Source: SAR86 cluster bacterium
Lineage (GTDB): Bacteria; Pseudomonadota; Gammaproteobacteria; Magnimaribacterales; Magnimaribacteraceae
Assembly: GCA_022447065.1 (NCBI GenBank)
Contig: JAKUUM010000006.1
Location: 761 to 64,760, forward strand
Reading direction: 5' to 3'
Length of the DNA: 64,000 nt
The notes under the pieces are model-generated. The model saw only the letters and a program-made list of their open reading frames with translations, was not told the DNA's origin and did not search any database. A program made the position numbers and the translations under genes. Positions 47,595 to 56,909 of this stretch are shown here, one piece after another; position 1 is the stretch's first letter; each line of letters opens with the position of its first letter.

Positions 47595-48488
47595 ATGGAA
47601 ATGTTGTTACGTTGGACAACTATTCTTTTCTGCACCACATTACTGTTGGGGACGGCTTGGGTGCAAGCTGAGGCACCGACACACCACTACTTTACAGCTT
47701 CCGATGGAGTGAACATCCACTATATGCGGTTGGGCGATTCGGGCTCGCACGTGGTTTTGATCCACGGCTATACTGGCAGTGCAGAGGGCAATTGGTTCCG
47801 CAATGGGATTGCTAAATCTTTATCTACGAATCACCGCGTCGTTGCTATTGATTGTCGTAATCACGGTCAAAGTGATAAACCTACCCCACGCGGATTTGGA
47901 ATCCCTTCTGACGTGTTGGAACTGATGGATCACCTCAAAATCGAAATGGCACATATTCACGGCTATTCAATGGGTGGCGCGATTACTGGACAGCTACTGG
48001 CGTCAAATCCCGAACGTTTCATCACTGCCGCTTTCGGAGGATCAGGTATCCGTGAGTCCGATCCATCTTGGGTGGCCAAAGTACCGGCGGATAAGGAGGG
48101 CAGGGATCCGCAGGAAAGCGAAGTAAGTCGTGCACTCAGGATCAGAAGTGCTATGGACAACGGCATGACCCGTACGGAGGCAGAAGAAGCAGCGAGTGTT
48201 CCGCGTCGACCGATCATGGACTCAATCACCAGCAGTCAACTAACTGCTTTAAGGCGGAGATGGGTTCTTGAGATCGATCTAACAAAGGTCATGATTCCTG
48301 TACTCGCGATCAACGGCGAATACGACAGTCCCTTATCCAAGACACACCGTATGTCTCGAGAGTTACCAAATTTCACCAACGTCGTGCTTCCCGGCAAGTC
48401 TCACCTGACGGCCATTGTCGGAGGCTATATGCCCGATCAGTATCGCGAGAGCCTAGTTGATTTTATCAACTCGAATGACCTGGAATAA
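47595..48488 (+). CDS. Secreted alpha/beta hydrolase, encoded in a G+C-rich block
   Basis: The track ORF starts at GTG 47550. The ATG at 47595 gives signal peptide MEMLLRWTTILFCTTLLLGTAWVQA. HGYTGS oxyanion region and nucleophile elbow GYSMGG. Confidence 0.75.
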   Translation: MEMLLRWTTILFCTTLLLGTAWVQAEAPTHHYFTASDGVNIHYMRLGDSGSHVVLIHGYTGSAEGNWFRNGIAKSLSTNHRVVAIDCRNHGQSDKPTPRGFGIPSDVLELMDHLKIEMAHIHGYSMGGAITGQLLASNPERFITAAFGGSGIRESDPSWVAKVPADKEGRDPQESEVSRALRIRSAMDNGMTRTEAEEAASVPRRPIMDSITSSQLTALRRRWVLEIDLTKVMIPVLAINGEYDSPLSKTHRMSRELPNFTNVVLPGKSHLTAIVGGYMPDQYRESLVDFINSNDLE

Positions 48489-48521
48489 TCCTTCGGCTTA
48501 AGTACTCAGGAGGGTTTTTAG

Positions 48522-48641
48522 TTAAAGTCTTAGGGCATCAGCCGTGGTAAGAGCCGGACTTCGCTGGATATCTTCCGCGGTAATTGTGGCCACAACCGCA
48601 GCCGAGTTAATTGTATCTCTCTTCATCCTTGATCCGGTTAC
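48522..48641 (-). pseudogene. Fragment resembling the start of a TonB-dependent receptor plug domain, read through from the thioredoxin-like gene
   Basis: The extension reads VTGSRMKRDTINSAAVVATITAEDIQRSPALTTADALRL. It resembles the plug consensus (..vsvITaedIqrs.a.tladaLR..). Nothing TBDR-like follows the stop. Confidence 0.35.
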
Positions 48642-49241
48642 TTTGTACTTAACGGAGCAACCGTAAGGTTTGCTTACCTTGGTTGTGACTACTTGATTGC
48701 TCTGAATTTCTTTGAGAGCATTTTTAACGTAATTATCTGCTTCTAACAGATTCTTAAAATTGAATCCTCTGCCGCCAGCATCATCAATTGCACCTTGGTA
48801 TCGAAGAATTCCGCTAGCGTCAATAACGTACATATGGGGAGTGGTTTTAGCTCCGTACATTAATCCCACATCTCCCTCAGGATCAAATAGGACATGCTGA
48901 GGTAAAGCATTTCTAGAGGTGGTTAATTCATTGGCGGTATCGGGGAGAACATAACCTTGGGTGCCTGGTGCCGAAGAAATTATGGTTAGCCAAATGGCAC
49001 CACCTTCTTTAGCGTATTCTTGGGTACTCTGCATATTTCCAGTTTTATAATGTTTAGCGACAAATGGACAGTCGTGATTTGTCCACTCAAGGACCACGGT
49101 ACTTCCAGAAAAGTCTGATAAGGAAACGGTCTTCCCAAAGGAATCCACTAAAGAAAAGTCAGGCGCTTCCGCATCTGTTATCACAGAAGCTTGAACGAAG
49201 CTAACACAAAGTGAAATCAATGCTGTGAATAAATATCTCAT
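48522..49241 (-). CDS. Periplasmic thioredoxin-fold (redoxin-like) protein with an aberrant 39-aa C-terminal extension
   Basis: Signal peptide MRYLFTALISLCVSFVQA. VLEWTNHDCPFVAKHY and KPYGCSVKYK, where members of this family that I recall end. The ORF then continues a further 39 codons into G+C-rich DNA. Confidence 0.7.
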   Translation of the reverse strand: MRYLFTALISLCVSFVQASVITDAEAPDFSLVDSFGKTVSLSDFSGSTVVLEWTNHDCPFVAKHYKTGNMQSTQEYAKEGGAIWLTIISSAPGTQGYVLPDTANELTTSRNALPQHVLFDPEGDVGLMYGAKTTPHMYVIDASGILRYQGAIDDAGGRGFNFKNLLEADNYVKNALKEIQSNQVVTTKVSKPYGCSVKYKVTGSRMKRDTINSAAVVATITAEDIQRSPALTTADALRL

Positions 49242-49253
49242 CGGCCTGTTTCT

Positions 49254-51311
49254 TTAATTAATTTCAGTAATAAACCCTACTAACATGTCCTCAGTTAATA
49301 ACTCAGGTAATATTATGGGCTCTCCTTGAGAGGGAAACAATAGGTAAAGCGGTACGCCTGTTCTTCCATAGCGGGCAAGCATCAGAGCTATTTCAGGATC
49401 TTTGCGTGTCCAGTCTGCCTTTAAGTAGACTATGTTCTTATCGGCTAAAATTTTCTTAACCGATTCTCTATTAAGCGCTATAGCTTCATTTACCTTACAA
49501 GTGATGCACCAATCGGCAGTAAAATTTAGAAAGACCGCCCGTTGATTCAATCTCAGATTTTCTAGTCTTTCTGCACTAAACGCATATTCATTTCCTTCTA
49601 TTTCTGCAGGGCTTGCCTTGTAAGAAGTAGGGATAAGCCAAAGTGAAAATGCCAGTAGAATGACAGAAATAAAAAGCGCAAAGCTTCTTGAGAGTCCTTG
49701 CGAATTTTGTGTCTTTTCCAGTAGCCAAAGACCTGCAGCAACAAGCAATGCACCGATAAGAACTGCAAAAACGGATTGGAGCTCTACTTGGCTGCTTAAG
49801 ACCCAGGTAAGCCATAATGCAGATCCCCACATAGGAAAAGCCATGATTTGTTTTAGGGTTTCCATCCACTCTCCAGGTTTGGGTAGTTTAGACAAGAGCT
49901 GAGGAAAAATACTTAACGTCAAGTAAGGAAGTGAAAAGCCTATCCCCAAGGCCAAAAAGATAAATAACGACCCTAAGCCGGGTTGAAGAAAAGCCATCCC
50001 TAAGGCCGGACCCATGAAAGGAGCTGTGCAAGGTGAAGCTACCACTACAGCCAGGGCGCCTGTTAAAAAAGAACCTGCGAGGTCTCTTTGGCCTTGAGCT
50101 AGGACACCAAATTTTGCCAACTGGCCACCCAAAACTAAATTGCCCATAAAAACTATTCCGACTGCTACGAACAAATAAATAAGAAGTGAAATTATCAGTG
50201 GAGATTGCATTTGGTAACCCCAACCTATCGAATCTCCAGTTGACCTTAAAAAGAGAAGGAGACCCGCCACAATAAGGAAGGTTGTTAAGACACCCGCAGA
50301 AAAAACAAATCCATGTTGCATCATCTTTTCTCTAGAGCCTTGGCTTTGCTCAATAAAGCCCAGTATTTTTATAGACAATATAGGGAAAACGCAGGGCATT
50401 GCGTTTAATATCAGACCGCCCAAGAAAGCAAAGAGGAGGGCAGTAATTAAATTCAAACCCAGAGGAGAATGATCAGCCTTGTCACCTAGAGGTAAATCTA
50501 AATTATAGTATTCTGAATCACCATCAGAATTGAGTTTTAAAACTCCCTTCAGGTTTAGTGTTTTAACTTGAACTTCTGCTGGAGTAAGTTCAAGGCTGAA
50601 GCTTCTATCATTCCTTTCTAATTTTTGATTGGCGACATAGCTAATGAATCCATATTCAGCAGGAAAGAAGTAGGCACTTGATATTTGTTGAGCCTCCTCT
50701 CTTTCAAACTGCAAGAATATCTTGTTATCTAGGATGCTAACACGATGAGGAGAAGATAAATCTGTTGGAACTGTTCTTTCCATTTCCCTTAACAGCGAAG
50801 TGGATTGATTTTCAGATTTCAAGCCTTGATAAAGTTTTATAGATACTTCTCCCTCTTGGGGTAGGCAAACATCTTTGCATGTAAACCAAGAAACTTTTGC
50901 TCCAATATTTACTGGATAAGAAATGGTTCTAGGACTTGTAATCTTGGTCAATAACAAGGCTTCGTCTTCATAACCATAGGTCATTAAAGGCTCTACCGGA
51001 ATTTTTGTAGGTCCAGGCCACAGAATCTCTGAAGCTTTAAATCCTGGAGGCAATTCCCATACAACAGAGGCACCTGCACCAGCATCTCCTGGATTTTCCC
51101 AGTAAGTGTGCCATCCTGGGTTAAGCTCAAACTTAAGCCCGACCAGTATTGTTTCACCAGTGCTTATCTCATCAGATTCTGCAATAAGGGACAAACTTGA
51201 TTCTCCAGCATCAAAAAAAGACTCGGCTGTAATAGAATTAGAGAGCAAACTGAAAAACAATAAGAAAAGGCTTACCCTAAGGTAACTTCTATTCGTATAT
51301 AATTTTTTCAC
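49254..51311 (-). CDS. DsbD/ScsB-family protein-disulfide reductase
   Basis: 685 aa. N-terminal periplasmic domain (WFTCKDVCLP), a TM core with CVFPILS and SPCTAPF, and a C-terminal thioredoxin domain DWCITCK. Confidence 0.8.
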   Translation of the reverse strand: MKKLYTNRSYLRVSLFLLFFSLLSNSITAESFFDAGESSLSLIAESDEISTGETILVGLKFELNPGWHTYWENPGDAGAGASVVWELPPGFKASEILWPGPTKIPVEPLMTYGYEDEALLLTKITSPRTISYPVNIGAKVSWFTCKDVCLPQEGEVSIKLYQGLKSENQSTSLLREMERTVPTDLSSPHRVSILDNKIFLQFEREEAQQISSAYFFPAEYGFISYVANQKLERNDRSFSLELTPAEVQVKTLNLKGVLKLNSDGDSEYYNLDLPLGDKADHSPLGLNLITALLFAFLGGLILNAMPCVFPILSIKILGFIEQSQGSREKMMQHGFVFSAGVLTTFLIVAGLLLFLRSTGDSIGWGYQMQSPLIISLLIYLFVAVGIVFMGNLVLGGQLAKFGVLAQGQRDLAGSFLTGALAVVVASPCTAPFMGPALGMAFLQPGLGSLFIFLALGIGFSLPYLTLSIFPQLLSKLPKPGEWMETLKQIMAFPMWGSALWLTWVLSSQVELQSVFAVLIGALLVAAGLWLLEKTQNSQGLSRSFALFISVILLAFSLWLIPTSYKASPAEIEGNEYAFSAERLENLRLNQRAVFLNFTADWCITCKVNEAIALNRESVKKILADKNIVYLKADWTRKDPEIALMLARYGRTGVPLYLLFPSQGEPIILPELLTEDMLVGFITEIN

Positions 51312-51324
51312 TAGTAAAAATGTT

Positions 51325-52176
51325 ATGGAAGAAAGTTTAATCGATCATTTTAACGAAAAGGGTTTCGTAATAGCAGAGAAACTTTTAGAGGTTTCTGAAA
51401 TTAAGCATTACAGAAAAGTTTTGGACGAGGCTGTTAGATTGCGCAAACAGCTTGATAAAAGGAAATTATCTGAGAAGACAGAGTACGAACAATCGTTCAT
51501 TCAATGCCAAAATCTTTGGGAAGATAATCCTGAAATAAGAGAATTAGCTTTCGATCAAAGAATTGCTGCTACAGCTGCTAAATTGTTGGGTGTTGATAGG
51601 TTAAGAATTTGGCACGACCAAGCTTTAGTTAAAGAAAGTGGGGGAAGAGAAACAGATGCTCACCACGACCAACCTTATTGGCCTATTAAAGAAAGTAATA
51701 CTATTACGGCTTGGATTCCTTTGGTACCCATCTCAGAAAATAATGGTCAAATGGGTTTTTTTCCAGGTTCGCACAAGATTAAAGAAGCAAAGTTTATTAA
51801 TATTTTCCAAGGCAAGGTAGATCAACAGGAATTAAATAAACTTCCCCAAGTTGAGGGAAAGGAACCTGAGTATGTTGAGTTGAGAGAAGGTGATGTTTCT
51901 TTTCATCATGGACTAACATTCCACCTAGCCAAACCCAATAAGACAAAAGAAGATAGGCCTGTTTTTACGGTCATTTACTTCGCTGATGGTTCTACCAGAA
52001 GAGATGATCGGTTTCATTTTAGCGTTGATAGAGCCGGGATAGGAGTCGGAGAAATTATTGATAGTGACGTAACTCCTTTGGCTTTTCCAGTTAGTAGCCC
52101 TCCACCTCGTCCCAAAGAACCTATTTCAGAAAAATTCGTGTTTCCAAAGGCATTAGGTCTATTGCCTACAAATTAG
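51325..52176 (+). CDS. Phytanoyl-CoA dioxygenase (PhyH) family Fe(II)/2OG oxygenase
   Basis: 283 aa. AHHDQPYWP (HxD) and a distal His in DVSFHHGLTFH. Confidence 0.75.
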   Translation: MEESLIDHFNEKGFVIAEKLLEVSEIKHYRKVLDEAVRLRKQLDKRKLSEKTEYEQSFIQCQNLWEDNPEIRELAFDQRIAATAAKLLGVDRLRIWHDQALVKESGGRETDAHHDQPYWPIKESNTITAWIPLVPISENNGQMGFFPGSHKIKEAKFINIFQGKVDQQELNKLPQVEGKEPEYVELREGDVSFHHGLTFHLAKPNKTKEDRPVFTVIYFADGSTRRDDRFHFSVDRAGIGVGEIIDSDVTPLAFPVSSPPPRPKEPISEKFVFPKALGLLPTN

Positions 52177-52975
52177 TTTTATCGGGTTTGAAATTAGATT
52201 CTAAATAAGGTTTTAACAATTTAGTCCAAATGGCATAGCCTTTTGAATTCATGTGTAATCCATCTTCAACAAATAAATCTGGATTTGGTTTACCATTTTC
52301 TAAAAGCATAGTGGGTCTAACATCTATAAAAAATAAATTCTCATTTTTATCAGATAATTTTGCTACTGAATCATTCCATTGAATATGCTTTACTTTCTGG
52401 TACTCCCTGGCAGCAGAAGGTTTAATTCCTATAACAAAGACTTTTACTTCTGGAAGGTTAGCCTTAATGGTTTTATAGAAATGGAGAAAATCTTGTAATA
52501 CTTCTTCCGGAGTTTTAAGCCCAAAGATATCATTACCTCCGCAATAGAAAACAATCCCCCTAGGGTTGTAAGGCAGAACAATTTCTTCTAAGTAATTATT
52601 TACATGTGCTATATGTGAGCCACCAAACCCTCGATTTATAACTCGGAAAGGATGCATATCAGTCTCAAGTGTTTTCCAGAAAACTATGCTAGAACTTCCG
52701 ATAAACAAAATAGCATTTCTTGGAGGAGGGTTAGCCTTGTCTTGATCAAGAAATTTTTGTATATCCTTTTCAAAGTAATCAAGAGAACTCCATTTTGTTA
52801 GCCTAAGGGCTCTTTTTTTAATTTCTATTGAGGATAGGTCCTGATTAAAACTTTCAGCTTCTTTTTTTATTTTATTTTCATAGGAAGATAATTCTGAAGA
52901 ACAAGCAGAGAAAGCGGCAAATCCAACTATGAAGGTAGAAATTAAAAATTTTCTTTTCATATTAAGCATTACCAA
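52166..52975 (-). CDS. SGNH/GDSL-type hydrolase lipoprotein
   Basis: 269 aa with lipobox-like AAFSAC. Block I FIGSSSI, GGNDI, and a C-terminal DGLHMN (DxxH). Confidence 0.65.
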   Translation of the reverse strand: MVMLNMKRKFLISTFIVGFAAFSACSSELSSYENKIKKEAESFNQDLSSIEIKKRALRLTKWSSLDYFEKDIQKFLDQDKANPPPRNAILFIGSSSIVFWKTLETDMHPFRVINRGFGGSHIAHVNNYLEEIVLPYNPRGIVFYCGGNDIFGLKTPEEVLQDFLHFYKTIKANLPEVKVFVIGIKPSAAREYQKVKHIQWNDSVAKLSDKNENLFFIDVRPTMLLENGKPNPDLFVEDGLHMNSKGYAIWTKLLKPYLESNFKPDKTNL

Positions 52976-53531
52976 AGTCTGGACTTACCATCCTAAGATT
53001 GAAACCAACTGTTTTTGATAAAGCGTCAACTTGATTTTTTGCAGGTGTATTGAAGATGATATTAAAGTCTGACTGGTTTTGTATCCAAACATTTTCTGAT
53101 AATTCTTCATCCAACTGCCCTGGATTCCAACCCGCATACCCTAGAGCTATTAAATAATTTTCAGGTCCACTGCCTTCAGCTATGGCTTGAAGAATGTCAC
53201 TAGACGTTGTTAAAGCGATTTCGTCGTTTACAAGGACAGTACTATCCCAATTTAGAGGTTTACCATGCAAAACGAATACTGCGTCTGGATTGACAGGACC
53301 GCCTAATAGTAGATTTTCTTGAACTAAGCTTTTTGTGACCTTTAATTTTAGGCTGTTAAAAAGATCTATGGTTTTGATGTTTGTTGCTCTATTGACAACC
53401 ATTCCCATGGATCCATTTACATTATGATCACAGATATATATCAAACTATCAGTAAAGTAAGAGAAATGTTTCTCACTGGGAGAAAAGTAAAGAAGTTTAT
53501 TTTTGCAACTTTCTGTATTCTCAGTAGGCAT
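52962..53531 (-). CDS. YqgE/AlgH family protein (UPF0301)
   Basis: 189 aa. GSMGMVVNR, VLHG and GYAGWNPGQLDEEL are typical of YqgE/AlgH. Confidence 0.8.
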   Translation of the reverse strand: MPTENTESCKNKLLYFSPSEKHFSYFTDSLIYICDHNVNGSMGMVVNRATNIKTIDLFNSLKLKVTKSLVQENLLLGGPVNPDAVFVLHGKPLNWDSTVLVNDEIALTTSSDILQAIAEGSGPENYLIALGYAGWNPGQLDEELSENVWIQNQSDFNIIFNTPAKNQVDALSKTVGFNLRMVSPDFGNA

Positions 53532-53545
53532 AGTAATTTTAAATT

Positions 53546-54124
53546 TTACCTTTTGAACTTTTCAAAGAAATAGAAGGCTGAAATTACCAAAGAATGATCG
53601 ATCTCTCCTTTTTCTATAAGACTAGGAATTTTTTCCAGATCTATTTCTAATACTTCTATATCTTCCATATCATCAAGTTTTTGCTCATCGGTTTTTTCAA
53701 CACCTAAGGCAACGTAAGAATAAGTGCTATTAGTCATGAGAGCAGGATTAGGTGAAACCCTTCCAATTTTAAAAACCTCAGAAGAATCATACCCAGTTTC
53801 CTCTTTCATTTCGCGTGTAGCTGCAGATTTAGTATCCTCTTCAGCATTAACCATTCCACCAGGGATTTCTAATGAGATCTCCTTACTTCCAAATCTATAT
53901 TGCTTAATCATAACCACTTTTTTGTCTCTTGTGATTGGGATGATATTTACCCAAGTAGGGGCATCCATAACCCAAACTGGATGACTATTGTTTGTTTTTG
54001 GAGAAACAACCGTGTCTTCTCTGAAACCAAAGATTCTATTTCCAAAGATTCGTTTTGTCTCTAGGGTTTTCCATTTCTTGGGCATCAATCTTTCTTTTTT
54101 TATTTTCCAAAGGGATAATATCAT
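53546..54124 (-). CDS. NUDIX hydrolase (ADP-ribose pyrophosphatase-like)
   Basis: Nudix box GGMVNAEEDTKSAATREMKEETGY. The true start may be the internal MPKKWKTLE at 54085. Confidence 0.8.
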   Translation of the reverse strand: MILSLWKIKKERLMPKKWKTLETKRIFGNRIFGFREDTVVSPKTNNSHPVWVMDAPTWVNIIPITRDKKVVMIKQYRFGSKEISLEIPGGMVNAEEDTKSAATREMKEETGYDSSEVFKIGRVSPNPALMTNSTYSYVALGVEKTDEQKLDDMEDIEVLEIDLEKIPSLIEKGEIDHSLVISAFYFFEKFKR

Positions 54125-54148
54125 TACTTTTTTAACTCAGGAGAGACT

Positions 54149-54937
54149 ATGTCCAGACATGGAGCTTTAAATACTTTTGGTAGATCTGGAAACCCTATAA
54201 TTAGATCGGACGTTTTTACTTCTAAAGCTTCTAGTTCCGAAGATCGCATGACCTTGAATGGAGCCGTTAATAAAACCGGTATTCTACTGTTTCTTACGGT
54301 TCTAGCAGCAACTATTAGCTGGAATTTTCAAGGTCCTTTTATGCTTTTGGTTTCAATCATAGGTATGTTTACGGCCTTCATTGTCGGTATTGCTACTTTT
54401 GGTTTTTGGTTTTTCTTTGTTGGTTGGTTGGTAAAACCACGTCCATATTTAGCACCTAAAACAGCTCCTATATATGCCTTGGGAATGGGATTCTTGATAG
54501 GGTTAATATCAGAACAAATGGAAAGTCAATTTCCTGGGATAGTTATTCAAGCGGTTTCGTTAACTTTCTTTGTGGCCGCATCTCTTTTACTAGCTTATAA
54601 AACAGGTTTAATTAAACCAACTCAAAATTTCTGGCTCATAGTTTTCTCTGCTACGGTAGGGATATTATTGACGTATATAGTTAATATTTTTTACTCCATG
54701 TTTACTGGGGCATCTTTCTCTTTCTTAACCGGTAATGGAATGTTTGGAATCGGAATAAGTCTTTTTGTGGTTGCAATCGCGTCACTTAATTTAGTTCTTG
54801 ATTTTGACATAATTGAGCAAGCAGATGAACAAGGAGCACCAAAATACGTTGAATGGTTTGGAGCCATGGCATTGGTAGCTACACTAATTTGGCTATACAT
54901 AGAGATACTAAGACTGCTATCTAAGCTACGTAGGTAA
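54149..54937 (+). CDS. Bax inhibitor-1/YccA-like integral membrane protein
   Basis: 262 aa with N-terminal GRSGNPIIRS and about 7 TM segments. The C-terminal LIWLYIEILRLLSKL resembles the BI-1 family tail. Confidence 0.5.
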   Translation: MSRHGALNTFGRSGNPIIRSDVFTSKASSSEDRMTLNGAVNKTGILLFLTVLAATISWNFQGPFMLLVSIIGMFTAFIVGIATFGFWFFFVGWLVKPRPYLAPKTAPIYALGMGFLIGLISEQMESQFPGIVIQAVSLTFFVAASLLLAYKTGLIKPTQNFWLIVFSATVGILLTYIVNIFYSMFTGASFSFLTGNGMFGIGISLFVVAIASLNLVLDFDIIEQADEQGAPKYVEWFGAMALVATLIWLYIEILRLLSKLRR

Positions 54938-54939
54938 TT

Positions 54940-55146
54940 ATGTCTTTGAGTACCATCCTTACTATTGTTATTGGAATCTTTTCATTTTTTATCTTCTTTT
55001 ATTTCCTTAGATTCAAAGCTTCCTCAAAACAGACAGATAGAAGTGATCGGTTAAAGTGGTCTTCTTATTTTACTTACAAAGATAGAGAAAAAAATCTGAA
55101 AGGAAAAAATCCTGACCCTGAAGAAGACGCTCAATTTAAAGATTGA
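54940..55146 (+). CDS. Small single-TM protein, function unknown
   Basis: 68 aa with one N-terminal TM and a charged tail. Starts 3 nt after the previous stop. Confidence 0.3.
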   Translation: MSLSTILTIVIGIFSFFIFFYFLRFKASSKQTDRSDRLKWSSYFTYKDREKNLKGKNPDPEEDAQFKD

Positions 55147-55168
55147 TCTAAATCTAGTTTAGAAAGTA

Positions 55169-56305
55169 TTATCCTATAGCTTCGACAAAGAGTTTTTCAT
55201 AGTCTTCTAAAGTAGGAATCACTGGATTGGTAAAAGAACATACATCAACTACAGAATGTTGAGAGAGTTCAGGGATCATATCTTCTACAATGTTCATTTC
55301 ACCAAGGTTTTTAGGCAACCCTATCTCACTGTTTAAATTCTCTATGATTTCAGCTAAATCAGAAGATTCTGGAAGACCCATACTTCTAGCTATTCTTTCG
55401 TACTTATCTCCAACATGAGCTTTATTGAATCTTATTATGGTTGGAAGAATAACTCCATTTAAGGTGCCATGATGAAGTTTCAATTCTTGCTTAGCTCCAC
55501 AGGCATGACTCATGGAATGGACGGCTCCTAATCCTTTTGTAAAGGCCATAGCTCCTTCTGTAGCAGCCATCATCATATTCCACCTAGCCTCCTTGTTAGT
55601 ACCATCTTTGACCGCCTTAATTAAATTTTCACCCCTATAAATTCTTTCAATGCCATCTAACCCAACGGCCTCAGCTGGCGGATCTATGGTTGGAGACAAA
55701 ACTGCTTCAACACAATGAGTAAAAGCATCCATGCCTGCTCCTGCTGTCATGGTAGGAGGTAGTCCAAGAGTTAAGTCCGGGTCGCAAATGGCAGCATCAG
55801 GGATTAAGTGGGCGCTGGCTAAAATTAATTTTCTTCCATCATTCATGATAATAACGGATCCAGAGGAAACTTCACTGCCAGTTCCAGAAGTAGTTGGTAT
55901 GGCTAGAAGAGGGGCTGTTTCAGAAATCTTTTCTACTCCTCCTTCATTTACAGAATAATCTAATATTGTTCCTTCGTGCGTGGCCAAAATTGATACGGCT
56001 TTGCCAAGATCTATACTGGATCCGCCTCCAAAACCTATAATGCCGTCACAACCCTCAGCCATATAGATTTCGAGAGCTTTTTCTACAGCTTCCTGGGTGG
56101 GATTTGCGGGAGTTTGATCAAAAATTATCGGTGTAAATTCATTTGATATTAGATTCCTTAGTTGATCTAACATTCCTAATTGAACCAATTCAGGATCGGT
56201 GCATATCAGAGGTTTTTTTATACCTATTCCCCCAAGAACTTCAGAAATTTGCTCTATAGCCCCATGGTCAAATACTGGCTTATTAATATAATTTAATTGA
56301 GTCAT
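55169..56305 (-). CDS. Iron-containing (group III) alcohol dehydrogenase
   Basis: 378 aa. GFGGGSSIDLGKA and the His-rich metal site (DAFTHCVEA ... HSMSHACG). Confidence 0.85.
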   Translation of the reverse strand: MTQLNYINKPVFDHGAIEQISEVLGGIGIKKPLICTDPELVQLGMLDQLRNLISNEFTPIIFDQTPANPTQEAVEKALEIYMAEGCDGIIGFGGGSSIDLGKAVSILATHEGTILDYSVNEGGVEKISETAPLLAIPTTSGTGSEVSSGSVIIMNDGRKLILASAHLIPDAAICDPDLTLGLPPTMTAGAGMDAFTHCVEAVLSPTIDPPAEAVGLDGIERIYRGENLIKAVKDGTNKEARWNMMMAATEGAMAFTKGLGAVHSMSHACGAKQELKLHHGTLNGVILPTIIRFNKAHVGDKYERIARSMGLPESSDLAEIIENLNSEIGLPKNLGEMNIVEDMIPELSQHSVVDVCSFTNPVIPTLEDYEKLFVEAIG

Positions 56306-56396
56306 GAAACTCCACCATTTTGGTTACACCTTGAACTCTCAATTTAGTTTACACTTTAGCTTCTCTAAAAGCATTTAGACAACAAAAGGTGAATAA

Positions 56397-56849
56397 GTGG
56401 ATCTAGATAATTCAAAATCGGTAAGGTTAAAAATAATGGATTTTCTGGCAAGGAGAGAACATACAACTAAGGAAATCTATAAAAAACTAGAAAAGAGAGT
56501 TGAGTCTTTAGATGTATTAGAAGACGAGATTAATAAACTTGTAGAAGAAGGTCTTATAGATAATGAAAGATTTGCGGAACAGTATATACATTCAAGATCT
56601 TTCAAAGGCTATGGGCCTTTGAGGATAAAGCAAGAGTTAAAACAAAAAGGAGTAGAAGAAAATATCAGTCATTCTTTAATGACTGATAGAGATTGGACTA
56701 GCTTAGCTCATCAAGTATTGAAGAAGAAGGCAGGTAATAAACTTCCTGAAGAAACTAAAGAATTACTAAAAATTAAAAAATTTTTAAGCTATAGGGGTTT
56801 CGACTTTTCTCACATAGAGAAAGCTCTTATCTTATACAAAGAATCTTAA
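56397..56849 (+). CDS. recX: Recombination regulator RecX
   Basis: 150 aa, GTG start. Three-helical-repeat pattern with DNERFAEQYIHSR and GYGPLRIKQELKQKG. Confidence 0.75.
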   Translation: MDLDNSKSVRLKIMDFLARREHTTKEIYKKLEKRVESLDVLEDEINKLVEEGLIDNERFAEQYIHSRSFKGYGPLRIKQELKQKGVEENISHSLMTDRDWTSLAHQVLKKKAGNKLPEETKELLKIKKFLSYRGFDFSHIEKALILYKES

Positions 56850-56909
56850 AAAATAGACAGTGGACTTAGTAAATATCAAATCATATGATTACATCCTAAT
56901 TCTAAAGAA

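Noticed and set aside
48489-48521. Rho-independent terminator after the inserted hydrolase gene (CCTTC...GGAGG followed by TTTTT)
   Set aside because: The stem is only 5 bp including a G-U pair, with a 14-nt loop. That is too weak to call as a feature.
56397-56849. recX without an adjacent recA as an anomaly
   Set aside because: Separation of recX from recA occurs in various bacteria. With recA possibly just elsewhere in the genome, this is not informative from one window.
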